A stretch of DNA of 64,000 nt, taken from contig JAXDQS010000010.1 in assembly GCA_034667725.1 (NCBI GenBank), positions 384,001 to 448,000 of the forward strand, in the 5' to 3' direction. Below the pieces are notes generated by a model. The model worked only from the letters and a program-made list of their open reading frames with translations, made no database searches and was not told where the DNA came from. The stretch is from Thermoplasmata archaeon (lineage in GTDB: Archaea; Thermoplasmatota; E2; JACPAO01; JAHFTW01). This document shows positions 48,867-58,042 of this stretch, in pieces. The translations under genes and the position numbers were made by a program. The first letter of the stretch is position 1. Every line of letters starts with the position of its first letter.

Positions 48867-50537
48867 ATGGCGCCCCTCATGGCAAACCGTCGCCATCGCC
48901 TGCCGGACGCGTTCCCGGTCGGGGCCGAGCTTCCCCGCCAAATCTGGCAAACCCGGCACACCATCGTGCTGTGGGTCATCTTCCTGCAAGCCGTCGCCTT
49001 GGTCGTCTTCGGCGCCTTCATGGGCTGGGGCTGGCCGCTCGCGCTTGCGGAGGGCGGCGCGGTCGCGGCCCTCGGCGCGGTCGCGGCCTGGCCCCGCCTG
49101 TCCCTGCGCTGGCGCAGCTCGTTCGCGGCCTTGGCCTGCGTGACGGCCTCCGCCGTCCTCGTCCAGTTCTCCGGCGGCTACATCGAGGCGCACTTCCACT
49201 TCTTCGTCATGGTCGCGCTCATCACCCTCTACCAGGACTGGGTGCCGTTCCTCATCGCGGTCGCCTACGTGGCCGTCGACCACGGCGTCGTGGGCACCTT
49301 GGCGCCCAACTGGGTGTACAACCACCCCCACGCCTTGGCCAACCCTTGGGAATGGGCCGCGATCCACGCCGCCATGGTCCTGGCCCAGGCCGCCGCCCTG
49401 CTGGCGTTCTGGAGCGGCGCCGAAAAGGCGCGCGCCCGCAGCGACCTCCTGCTTGCCTCCGCCGGGGAGCCCATCATCGGCCTTGACGGCGGCGGCAACA
49501 TCGAGTTCCTCAACCCCGCCGCGGCCCGGCTGTTCGGCCCCGCCGCCAACCTCGTCGGCAAGCCGCTCGCCTCCCGCCTGGCGCGGCCGGACGGGGGGCC
49601 GGTGGCGCTGCTTTCCATCGAGGGCAGCCCCGCCATCGAGGGCCTGGTGCGGCGCCCGGACGGCACGGCGACGCCGGTGGAGTGGACGGTCACGCCGGCG
49701 CCCCGCTCGGACGACTCGGTCGCCCACGTCGTCGCGCTGCGCGACCTGACGGAGCGCAAGCGGGCCGAGCGCGAGCGGCTGGAGCGGCTGCTGTCGCAGG
49801 ACCGCTTCAAGACCCAGCTCCTGAACACGGCGTCCCATGAGCTGAACACGCCGATCAGCGTGCTGCAGCTCCAGCTCCATCTGCTCAAGACCCATGTGCC
49901 CGACTGCAGCCCGGCCGCCCGCGAGGCCCTGACTGTGCTGGACCGCAACGTGGACCGCCTCGGCGTCCTGGTGCGCAGCACGCTCGACGTCGCCCGCATC
50001 GAGAGCGGCCAGCTCCGGCTCGACGTGGCGCCCGTGGACATGGCCCAGGTCGTTGCCGAGACCCACCAGGCGTTCGCGGACGCGGCGGCCCAGCGCGGGG
50101 TCGCCTTGTCGTGGAGCGGCCCGCGGCAGGCGACCCTGGAGGCCGACGCCGGCCGCCTCACCCAAGTGCTGTTCAACCTGGTCTCCAACGCCCTCAAGTT
50201 CACCCCGCCGGGCGGCATCGTCCAGGTGGAGGTGCAGGCCGGCGACGACACGGTCTGCGTGCGGGTGCGCGACAGCGGCGTCGGGCTGACCCGCGAGCAG
50301 GCAAGCCGCCTGTTCCAGCCGTTCAGCCAGGTCCACGAGGGGCAAGGCTATGGCGGCACGGGCCTGGGCCTCTACATCACCAAGGGCATCGTGGAGCTGC
50401 ACGGCGGCCGGGTCTGGCACGAGAGCCAAGGGCCGGGCCACGGGTCGCTGTTCGGCTTCGAGGTCCCGCGCGCGCCTGCCGCCTCCGTCCTCCAACCCAC
50501 CCCGGTGCTGGCGGGCGCTAGCGCAGGACGTCCTTGA
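48867..50537 (+). CDS. Membrane sensor histidine kinase with PAS domain
   Basis: TM region with EAHFHFF, PAS, SHELNTP, NLVSNALKFT, GTGLGL. Confidence 0.9.
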   Translation: MAPLMANRRHRLPDAFPVGAELPRQIWQTRHTIVLWVIFLQAVALVVFGAFMGWGWPLALAEGGAVAALGAVAAWPRLSLRWRSSFAALACVTASAVLVQFSGGYIEAHFHFFVMVALITLYQDWVPFLIAVAYVAVDHGVVGTLAPNWVYNHPHALANPWEWAAIHAAMVLAQAAALLAFWSGAEKARARSDLLLASAGEPIIGLDGGGNIEFLNPAAARLFGPAANLVGKPLASRLARPDGGPVALLSIEGSPAIEGLVRRPDGTATPVEWTVTPAPRSDDSVAHVVALRDLTERKRAERERLERLLSQDRFKTQLLNTASHELNTPISVLQLQLHLLKTHVPDCSPAAREALTVLDRNVDRLGVLVRSTLDVARIESGQLRLDVAPVDMAQVVAETHQAFADAAAQRGVALSWSGPRQATLEADAGRLTQVLFNLVSNALKFTPPGGIVQVEVQAGDDTVCVRVRDSGVGLTREQASRLFQPFSQVHEGQGYGGTGLGLYITKGIVELHGGRVWHESQGPGHGSLFGFEVPRAPAASVLQPTPVLAGASAGRP

Positions 50538-50901
50538 GGACCTGGGCGAAGGCGGCGGCGCCGCGCGACTTCTCGACGAACGCGTCCAGCCGGACGTCCT
50601 GGCCGGCCCGGTGCGCCAGCCCCGAGTCGGCGTAGGCGGTCATCAGGACGCGCCGCGCGTCGGGGGCCAGCACCGTGCTGCGGTTCAGGAACTCGGCGCC
50701 GTCCATGTCGGGCATGCGGTAGTCGGACAGGATGGCGTGCGGGACGCGGTGCTGCATCTTCTCCAGCGCCGCCGTGCCAGAGCTGGCGGTCATCACCTCG
50801 ACGTCGGGGACGCACGCCTTGGCAAAGTGCTGGAGGATGCCCAGCATGTCCGGCTCGTCGTCGACGATCAGCAGGACGCGCGGGCCGGCGTCTTGGGACA
50901 C
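50518..50901 (-). CDS. Stand-alone response regulator receiver
   Basis: LIVDDE, SDYRMPDMDG, MTAY, VEK. Confidence 0.92.
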   Translation of the reverse strand: MSQDAGPRVLLIVDDEPDMLGILQHFAKACVPDVEVMTASSGTAALEKMQHRVPHAILSDYRMPDMDGAEFLNRSTVLAPDARRVLMTAYADSGLAHRAGQDVRLDAFVEKSRGAAAFAQVLKDVLR

Positions 50902-50957
50902 GCGGAGGAATGCGTGGAGGACGATTTAGCCCCGGAGGTCTTCGGCCGGCGCCGCGC

Positions 50958-52178
50958 TCAGTCCACGTAGCCCGAGCTTCCCTTCGGCCCCAGCCACGAC
51001 CCGTGGTAGCCCGCGTCCTCCGCCCCGACCGCCCACTTGGTGGCCAAGAGCGGCTTGAAGGTGTCCACCATGACCGCCAGCTCGTCCGTCCGGTCATGCC
51101 CGAACGACGCCTCGTAGCGGCCGGGCTGCGGCGCGTGCGGGACGCCGGCGGGGTGCAGGCTCACGGAGGCGGGCCCGACGCCCTTGCGGCTGGTGAAGTT
51201 GCCCTCGACGTACCACAGCACCTCGTCGCAATCGACCGAGGAGTGCGGGTAGGGGCACGGGATCGCCTTCGGATGGTAGTCCACCTTGCGGGGCACGAAC
51301 GAGCAGACCACGAAGGCGCCGCGGCCGCCGAGGAAGGTGGTGTGCACCGGTGGCGGCAAGTGGACGAGGCCGGTCTTGGGCTGGTAGTCGCGGATGCTGA
51401 ACGCCACCGGGTACATGGCGCCGTCCCAGCCGACCACGTCGAACGGATGATGCGGCAGCACGCGCACGGTGTAGCGGTCGCCCCGCTTCAGGGTCACGCG
51501 CACGCGGCCCTGCTCGTCCATGTCTTCCTGGTTCGGCTCCGACAGCATCGACGGCCGCCGGAAGTCGCGGTGGCAGTACGGCGCGTCCATGGTGAGCTGC
51601 CCCGCCGGGTTGCGGAAGTTGGATGGGATGTCGAGCCCCGTGCGGCACTCCATCACCATGACGTGGGACCGCCCCGACAGCCGCAGCCGATGGATGAGCC
51701 CGCGCGGGATCCAGACGTAGTCGTGCCGCCGCACCTCCAGCGTGCCCAGCTCCGAGTCGAGCGTGCCGGCCCCTTCATGCAGGAACAGCAGCAGGTCGCC
51801 GTCGCCGTTCTGGAGCAGCCCCGAGTCCTGGATGGTGGGCTCGCTGGTGCCGATGCGGACGTCGTCGTTGCCGCACAGCACCCGCAACGACTCCCACAGC
51901 CGCCCAGCGCCGGCGACACCTGGGGCGCGGAAATGGCGCCGGCGCAACAGCGGGTCGGGGACCGGCTCGAAGGTGTCGCGCACCGGGCTGGGCTCCTGGG
52001 CCACCTCGCGCGCCGGGTTGTTCTTGCGGTACGCGATGGCGTAGGAGCCGTCGAAGCCCTTGCGGGTCATGCAGTGCTCGTAGTAGACGGGGCAGCCGTC
52101 GACGTCGTCGCCCTTGGCCCGGGGATGCTGGATGTGGTGCTTCGCCGGCACGGACCCGAGGCGGTGGTAGTCGAGCAT
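50958..52178 (-). CDS. hmgA: Homogentisate 1,2-dioxygenase
   Basis: NGDGD, HHPFDVVGWDG, HLPPPVH, PYPHSSVDCDEV, LHPAGVPHAPQPG, ELAVMVDTF. Confidence 0.92.
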   Translation of the reverse strand: MLDYHRLGSVPAKHHIQHPRAKGDDVDGCPVYYEHCMTRKGFDGSYAIAYRKNNPAREVAQEPSPVRDTFEPVPDPLLRRRHFRAPGVAGAGRLWESLRVLCGNDDVRIGTSEPTIQDSGLLQNGDGDLLLFLHEGAGTLDSELGTLEVRRHDYVWIPRGLIHRLRLSGRSHVMVMECRTGLDIPSNFRNPAGQLTMDAPYCHRDFRRPSMLSEPNQEDMDEQGRVRVTLKRGDRYTVRVLPHHPFDVVGWDGAMYPVAFSIRDYQPKTGLVHLPPPVHTTFLGGRGAFVVCSFVPRKVDYHPKAIPCPYPHSSVDCDEVLWYVEGNFTSRKGVGPASVSLHPAGVPHAPQPGRYEASFGHDRTDELAVMVDTFKPLLATKWAVGAEDAGYHGSWLGPKGSSGYVD

Positions 52179-52237
52179 TGGCGCCCCCGCCATGCCCCCG
52201 TGGACCTTAAGGCAGCGCGGCAAGTCGCGGCCCTGCC

Positions 52238-53524
52238 ATGCTTGACATCCGCCTCCTGCGCGAGACCCCGGACGTGGTGCGCGCGGACCTCCAGAAGCGC
52301 GGCCGCGACGCCGCCGTGGTGGAGCAGGTGCGCGGCCTCGACGCCCAGTGGCGCGAGGGGCTTTCCAGGATGGAGGCGTTGCGGGCGGAGCGCAACCGCA
52401 GCGGCAAGGCCATCGCCGAGGCCAAGAAGGCGGGGCAGGACGCCAAGCCCGTGCTCGAGCGCATGGCCGCCGTCGGCGCGGAGCTGGCGGCGCTGGAGAA
52501 GTCGGTGCCCGACGCGGAGAAGGAACGTGACGGGCTCCTGCGGACCATCCCCAACCTCATGCACCCGTCGGTCCCGGTCGGCAAGGACGACTCCGAGAAC
52601 GTCGAGATCCGGGCGTGGGGCGGCAAGCCGAAGCACCCGTTCGCCGCCGTGAGCCATGTGGACCTGCTGGAGTCGCTGGACGTGGCCGACCTGGAGCGGG
52701 CGGCGCGCGCGGCGGGGGCCCGGTTCTTCTACCTCAAGGGCGACCTCGTCCTCTTGGGCCGTGCGCTGGAGCTGTTCGCGTTGCAGCACCTGGCGAAGAA
52801 GGGCTTCACCGCCATCGAGCCGCCCTACATGCTCCGGCGCGAGGCCATGGAAGGGGCGGTGGACCTCGCCGACTTCGAGTCCGTCATCTACAAGGTCGAG
52901 GCCGAGGCCAAGGAGCCGCCGCTCTACCTCATCGCCACCTCCGAGCACCCCATCGCCGCGATGCACATGGGCGAGATCCTCGACGACAAGGCGCTGCCGC
53001 TGCTCTACGCCGGCGTGTCGCCGTGCTTCCGCAAGGAGGCCGGCGCCCACGGCAAGGACACCAAGGGCATCTTCCGTGTCCACCAGTTCAGCAAGGTCGA
53101 GCAGTTCGTCTACTGCAAGCCCGAGGACTCCTGGCGCATCCACGAGGAGCTGGTCCGGAACGCAGAGGAGCTGTACCAGGCGCTTGGCATCCCGTACCGC
53201 GTCGTCAACATCTGCACCGGCGACCTAGGCTCCATCGCGGCCAAGAAGTACGACATCGAGGCCTGGATGCCGGTCCAGCAAGCCTACCGCGAGGTCGTGT
53301 CGTGCAGCAACTGCACCGACTTCCAGGCCCGCCGCTACAACACCCGCAGCCGCGCCAACCCGGGGGACCCGACGGCCATCGTGCACACCCTCAACTCGAC
53401 CGCCATCGCCGTCCAGCGCACCTTGGTCGCGATCCTGGAGAACTTCCAGCAGGCGGACGGCACCGTGGCGATCCCCGAGGTGCTGCGGGCGTACGTGGGG
53501 AAGGACAAGCTCGCGCCCAAGTGA
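52238..53524 (+). CDS. serS: Seryl-tRNA synthetase (standard type)
   Basis: MLDIRLLR, LIATSE, CFRKEAG, RVHQFSKVEQF, SCSNCTDFQARR, HTLNST. Confidence 0.98.
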   Translation: MLDIRLLRETPDVVRADLQKRGRDAAVVEQVRGLDAQWREGLSRMEALRAERNRSGKAIAEAKKAGQDAKPVLERMAAVGAELAALEKSVPDAEKERDGLLRTIPNLMHPSVPVGKDDSENVEIRAWGGKPKHPFAAVSHVDLLESLDVADLERAARAAGARFFYLKGDLVLLGRALELFALQHLAKKGFTAIEPPYMLRREAMEGAVDLADFESVIYKVEAEAKEPPLYLIATSEHPIAAMHMGEILDDKALPLLYAGVSPCFRKEAGAHGKDTKGIFRVHQFSKVEQFVYCKPEDSWRIHEELVRNAEELYQALGIPYRVVNICTGDLGSIAAKKYDIEAWMPVQQAYREVVSCSNCTDFQARRYNTRSRANPGDPTAIVHTLNSTAIAVQRTLVAILENFQQADGTVAIPEVLRAYVGKDKLAPK

Positions 53525-53527
53525 CGG

Positions 53528-53587
53528 ACCACGGATTGCACGGATTCCACGGACCAGAGGTTCCGTGCAATCCGTGGCATCCGTGGT
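53528..53587. repeat. Palindromic element of 9-nt CACGGATT units
   Basis: ACCACGGATTGCACGGATTCCACGGA...TCCGTGCAATCCGTGGCATCCGTGGT just after the serS stop. Confidence 0.88.
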
Positions 53588-53622
53588 TCAGGCAGGCGCG
53601 GAGCCTGCCCTGAACCAAGAGG

Positions 53623-54105
53623 ATGAACACCCTCCAGCCTTGCCCGCCCCCGATGAAGGCGCACGAGCTGGGCCATGCGGTGTTCTACGTCCGCGACCTG
53701 CAGGCGAGCCTCCGGTTCTACCGCGACACGCTGGGCTTCCAGGTGGTCGGCGACGCGTTCGGCGGCAAGGCGGCGGCGCTGGTGGGCAACAACCGCCGCA
53801 CCCACCACGAGCTGCTGCTGATCGAGGTCGGCGACGCGCCCGGCAACCCGCCCGGCCGCCGCCGCGGGCTCTACCACATCGGCATCAAGGTCGGCGACTC
53901 GAAGGAGGAGCTGCGCGCCGCCGTGGACGAGCTCCGGAAGGCGGGCGTCGCCATCGACGGCTCGTCGGACCACACCGTGAGCTGGAGCCTCTACCTCACC
54001 GACCCGGACGGCAACGAGGTCGAGCTCTACTGCGACAACCCGGCCATCGACTGGAAGAAGGATCCGAGTTCGGTGATGGCGCCGATCCGGCGGCTGCAGA
54101 TCTAG
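53623..54105 (+). CDS. VOC/glyoxalase family protein
   Basis: LGHAVFYVRDL, HHEL, GLYHIG, LYLTDPDGNEVEL; start may be 53653. Confidence 0.88.
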   Translation: MNTLQPCPPPMKAHELGHAVFYVRDLQASLRFYRDTLGFQVVGDAFGGKAAALVGNNRRTHHELLLIEVGDAPGNPPGRRRGLYHIGIKVGDSKEELRAAVDELRKAGVAIDGSSDHTVSWSLYLTDPDGNEVELYCDNPAIDWKKDPSSVMAPIRRLQI

Positions 54106-54635
54106 CTGGGTGCTGCGACCGACGCCTGCTCCAAGCCCCGCAGGGTCACGGTCTTGACGCCGCGCACCCGCTGCAACAGGGGAATCAGGCTGCCTGGAAC
54201 GGGCTCGTTGGTGACCACGAACAGCACGGGCTCCTCGGTGAAGGCGGGGTCCTCGACGATGGCTTGGCGGATGCTCAGGCCGGACTCGGCGATGACCAGC
54301 GAGACGCCGGCGAGGATGCCGGGCTGGCGGGCGTCCTGGGCGACGATCTGGAGCACGCCGGCGCCCATGGCGGGGGCGACGTCCTTGAGGTGCAGGGTGG
54401 GCGCGAACCGGCTGAAGGCGCGCAGCAGCTCGGGGTCGCCACCGATGGTCTCGACGGTGCTGCGGACGATGCGGCGGTCGACGCCGGCGGCGCGGGCCAA
54501 GGCGGTGTCGGTGATCTCGATGTTGCCGGCCTTGACCTCGCGGCCCTCGATGCGCAGCCCGTTCTGGATCATGAGGCGCACCACCTTCTCTTGGGCGGGG
54601 TAGCGGCGGAAGTGGTCAATCAGGACTTGCCACAT
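54102..54635 (-). CDS. ACT-domain amino-acid-metabolism regulator (TrpY-like)
   Basis: MW...F..YPAQEKVVRLM..NGL, LARAAGVDRRIV HTH, PGILAGV...SIRQ ACT domain; divergent from the aro operon. Confidence 0.85.
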   Translation of the reverse strand: MWQVLIDHFRRYPAQEKVVRLMIQNGLRIEGREVKAGNIEITDTALARAAGVDRRIVRSTVETIGGDPELLRAFSRFAPTLHLKDVAPAMGAGVLQIVAQDARQPGILAGVSLVIAESGLSIRQAIVEDPAFTEEPVLFVVTNEPVPGSLIPLLQRVRGVKTVTLRGLEQASVAAPS

Positions 54636-54645
54636 GTGCGGTTCG

Positions 54646-54716
54646 ATGTCCAGATGTGGACTTAACGCTTGTCCAACCATGGACAATGACGGCGCATTTT
54701 GTCCAATCGCGGAGAA
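54646..54716. promoter_or_regulatory. Three operator-like inverted repeats TGTCCA-N4-TGGACA
   Basis: 54646-54663 ATGTCCAgatgTGGACTT; 54669-54686 TTGTCCAaccaTGGACAA (perfect); 54699-54716 TTGTCCAatcgCGGAGAA. Confidence 0.75.
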
Positions 54717-54741
54717 ATATGTCGCCCCGGTGGCCGGCGCG

Positions 54742-55485
54742 ATGAGTGGAACCGCCCTCCGCCTGCGCCGCCTGGCCCCCAAAGGGACCTGGCTCATGGT
54801 GCCCCTCGACCACGGCGTCTCGATGGGCGTCGTCCCCGGCCTGGAGCGGCCCGCCGGGATGCTGGAGGCGGCGGCCCGCGGCGGCGCCACCTGCGTCACC
54901 CTGCACCGCGGCCTGGTCCCGCTCGCGGCCCGCCACGCCGGCGACCTCGGCGTCCTCTTGCACCTGTCCGCCAGCACGATGCACGCCCCCGACCCCGACG
55001 ACAAGCGCCTGGTGGCCTCCGTCGCCGACGCCGTCCGGATGGGCTGCGACGGGGTCAGCATCCACCTCAACCTGGGATCGGCCACCGAGGCGGACCAACT
55101 GGAGGAGGCGGGCGAGGTCGCCACCGAATGCCAGGAATGGGGGATGCCGCTGGTCGTCATGGCCTACCCCCGCGGCCCGAAGGTCAAGGACCCGTTCGAC
55201 CCGGTGCTGGTGGCCCACGCCGCCCGCCTGGCCGCCGAGCTGGGCGCCGACGCCGTCAAGGTCCCCTACACCGGCTCCGCCGCGACCTTCCGCCCCGTCG
55301 TCGAAGGCTGCGGCATCCCGGTCCTGGTGGCCGGCGGCCCGGCCCGCGCCGACCTGGGGGGCCTGCTGGCCGACGTCCGCGACGCCCGCGCCGCCGGGGC
55401 CGCCGGGGTCAGCGTCGGTCGGAACGCCTTCCAAAACGCTCAACCCCGCGAGGCCATCGCGGCCCTCGCCCGCGTGTTGGCATGA
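54742..55485 (+). CDS. 2-amino-3,7-dideoxy-D-threo-hept-6-ulosonate synthase (AroA', class I aldolase)
   Basis: VPLDHG, HLSAST, MAYPRG, AELGADAVKVPYTG, VAGG, GRN; first gene of the aro operon. Confidence 0.88.
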   Translation: MSGTALRLRRLAPKGTWLMVPLDHGVSMGVVPGLERPAGMLEAAARGGATCVTLHRGLVPLAARHAGDLGVLLHLSASTMHAPDPDDKRLVASVADAVRMGCDGVSIHLNLGSATEADQLEEAGEVATECQEWGMPLVVMAYPRGPKVKDPFDPVLVAHAARLAAELGADAVKVPYTGSAATFRPVVEGCGIPVLVAGGPARADLGGLLADVRDARAAGAAGVSVGRNAFQNAQPREAIAALARVLA

Positions 55486-56642
55486 AGCGCGTCCTCTGGA
55501 TCGACCTCCGCCACGTGCCCGTCCACAAACGGCTGGGCCACCTTCGCACCTTGGCCGACTCCGGCGCCGCCGCCGTCCTCCTGGAGAAAGGGGACGCGCA
55601 CCACGGCCGCGAGGGGCTGGCCGCCATCACGGTCGATGCCAAGGGCGGGCTGCGGCAGGGCGGCAAGCCGGTCGGCCGGGTCGTCCGGGTCCATGACAAG
55701 GCGTCCCAGGCCCGCGCCGCCAAGGCCAAGGGCATCCTGGTCGCCAAGCCCGACGCCACCGCCTGGAAGGTGATTCCGCTGGAGAACCTCCTTGCCGCCC
55801 GCGCCGGCGCCCCCGTCTACGCCTGGACGCAGGACCCCAAGGACATCCCCATGCTGCTCACCGTGCTGGAGCGCGGCGTGGACGGCATCGTGCTTGCCCC
55901 TGAGTCCCCGATGGACATCCTCGAGTGCCGCGCCGCCATGGCGCACGTGCCGCACCAGGCCCGCCCCGCCGCGGCCGCCGCCAACCCGCCGCCGGTGCTG
56001 CCGGCCCAAGCCCCGCCCGCGCCCCAGCAGCTCGTGGTCACTGGCCCTCTGCGCTCGCTCCACGAAGGCGCCCCACGCCCAGACCTCGAGATGCCGACGG
56101 CGCTCGCGTTCGAGCCCGCCCGCGTCACCCGCATCGAGCGGGTCGGCGTCGCGGAACGGGTCTGCGTCGACGCCACCGCCCGCTTCGAGGCCGACGAAGG
56201 CCTCCTCGTCGGCTCAACGGCCAAGTCGTTCTGCCTCGTGCTGTCGGAGACCGCCCAGAGCGACCTGGTGCCGGCGCGGCCGTTCCGGGTCAACGCCGGC
56301 GCCGTCCACTCCTACCTGCTCGCCCCCGGCGGCCGCACCAGCTACCTCACGGAGCTGGCCGCAGGCTCCCCCGTCCTGGCCGCGACGGCGGCGGGGCGCA
56401 CCCGCGAGCTCGTGGTCGGCCGTGCCAAGATCGAGCCGCGCCCCCACCTGCTGCTCGCCTGGCAAGGCCCGAGCGGGGCCGGCTCCGTCGTGCTGCAAGA
56501 AGCCGAGACGGTGCGGGTCGCGACCCCGAACGGCCCCCGCGCCGTGACGCAGCTCCGCGTCGGCGACGCCATCCTCGCGCACCCCGAGTCCGCGGGCCGC
56601 CACACCGGGCTGCCGGTCGGCGGGAGCCTGGAGGAGCGCTGA
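55482..56642 (+). CDS. 3-dehydroquinate synthase II (AroB')
   Basis: WKVIPLENL, LERGVDG, RVCVD, RPFRVNAGAVHSY, VGRAKIEPRP, LQEAETVR. Confidence 0.93.
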   Translation: MKRVLWIDLRHVPVHKRLGHLRTLADSGAAAVLLEKGDAHHGREGLAAITVDAKGGLRQGGKPVGRVVRVHDKASQARAAKAKGILVAKPDATAWKVIPLENLLAARAGAPVYAWTQDPKDIPMLLTVLERGVDGIVLAPESPMDILECRAAMAHVPHQARPAAAAANPPPVLPAQAPPAPQQLVVTGPLRSLHEGAPRPDLEMPTALAFEPARVTRIERVGVAERVCVDATARFEADEGLLVGSTAKSFCLVLSETAQSDLVPARPFRVNAGAVHSYLLAPGGRTSYLTELAAGSPVLAATAAGRTRELVVGRAKIEPRPHLLLAWQGPSGAGSVVLQEAETVRVATPNGPRAVTQLRVGDAILAHPESAGRHTGLPVGGSLEER

Positions 56643-58042
56643 TGCACCGCCTTGTTGCCTCGTGCGCGGGCGACCTGCCCGCCGTGACCGCAGCACTCCG
56701 GGCGCTGCCGGCCGGCGTCGACGCCGCCGAGGTCCGCTTCGACCGCCTGTGGCAGGCCGTCCCGAACGAGGACGAGGCCGAGCGCACCATCGAGGCCGTC
56801 CTCGGCGCCGCCAAGGTCCCGCTGGTCGCGACCCTCCGGCCGCGCAGCCACGGCGGCGGCTTCGGCGGCACCGAGGCCGAGCGGGTCAACCTGCTGGCCG
56901 CCCTCGCCCGCCTCGGCTTCGAGCCCGACCTGGAGTCGCACCTGCTGGAGGTCCCTGGGCTCGCCGGCCAGGTCCGCGACGGCACCCTCGCGGTGGCCAG
57001 CCACCACCACGCCGGCGAGGCGCCGTGCCGCGACGACGGCCTGCGCCGCCTGCTGCAACTGCAAGACGCCGGCACCGGCCTGGAGAAGCTCGCGTTCACC
57101 TCCAGCAGCTTCGCGGACCACCTGCGCGCGCTCGAGTTGGCCCGCGCCCACGCCGAGCGCGGCGGCAAGCCCTGCCTCAGCCCGATGGGCTCCGGCGGCG
57201 CCCTGCTGCGGGCGCTGCTGCCGCTGGCCGGCAACCAGGCGACCTACGGCCACGCGCCCGGCCTGCCGCCCGCCGTTCCCGGCCAGCCCGGCGCCGACGA
57301 ACTGCTCGCCATCTGGCGGCACTGGGGCCTCGACCCGAAGGAGGCCACCGGCGGCCGCTGGCTCGCGGTGCTCGGCACCCCGGTCGCGCACAGCCTCAGC
57401 CCGCGCATGATGAACGCCGCGCTGCGCGCCGCCGGCCGCCCCGAGCGCTTCGGCGCGCTGGAGGTGCCCGCCAGCGCCGGCGCGCTCCGCCTGCTGCTGC
57501 ACGTGGCCGACCGCATCGGCCTCGCCGGCGCCAGCGTCACGATGCCGCACAAGGCCGAGGCGCTGCGGATGGTGCAGGCCGACGCCCTGGCCAAGGAGGT
57601 CGGCGCCGTCAACTGCATCACCTTCGGCCCGACGGGCGCCACCGGCACCAACACCGACGCGCCCGCCTTGGTCGAGGTGCTGCGCCCGCACGCCGGCGGC
57701 ACCGCCCTCGTCCTGGGCGCCGGCGGCGCGGCGCGCGCGGCCGTGTGGGCGCTGCGGCAGCTCGGCGCCAAGGCCCAGGTCGCCAGCCGCAGCCAGGACG
57801 GCATCGCGACCCTGGCGTGGGCGCGGCGGCACGAGGCCGCCGCCGACGTGGTCGTCAACGCCACGCCGCTTGCGGCCCCCCTCGACCGCCTGCCGCCCGG
57901 CGCCGCCTACGTCGACCTCGCCTACGGCCACGGCCTGTCCGCGGACGGCCGGCGCGCGCTCTTGGAGCAGGGCGTGCTGGCGTACCGCTCCTGGTTCGGC
58001 GCGGCGCCCGACCAGGCCGCCATGGAGCGCGCCCTCGCATGA
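56642..58042 (+). CDS. Fused type I dehydroquinase / shikimate dehydrogenase (AroD-AroE)
   Basis: EVRFD, TLRPRSHGG, APGQ-like VPGQ; then HSLSP, VTMPHK, GAVN, NTD, GAGGAARA. Confidence 0.85.
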   Translation: MHRLVASCAGDLPAVTAALRALPAGVDAAEVRFDRLWQAVPNEDEAERTIEAVLGAAKVPLVATLRPRSHGGGFGGTEAERVNLLAALARLGFEPDLESHLLEVPGLAGQVRDGTLAVASHHHAGEAPCRDDGLRRLLQLQDAGTGLEKLAFTSSSFADHLRALELARAHAERGGKPCLSPMGSGGALLRALLPLAGNQATYGHAPGLPPAVPGQPGADELLAIWRHWGLDPKEATGGRWLAVLGTPVAHSLSPRMMNAALRAAGRPERFGALEVPASAGALRLLLHVADRIGLAGASVTMPHKAEALRMVQADALAKEVGAVNCITFGPTGATGTNTDAPALVEVLRPHAGGTALVLGAGGAARAAVWALRQLGAKAQVASRSQDGIATLAWARRHEAAADVVVNATPLAAPLDRLPPGAAYVDLAYGHGLSADGRRALLEQGVLAYRSWFGAAPDQAAMERALA

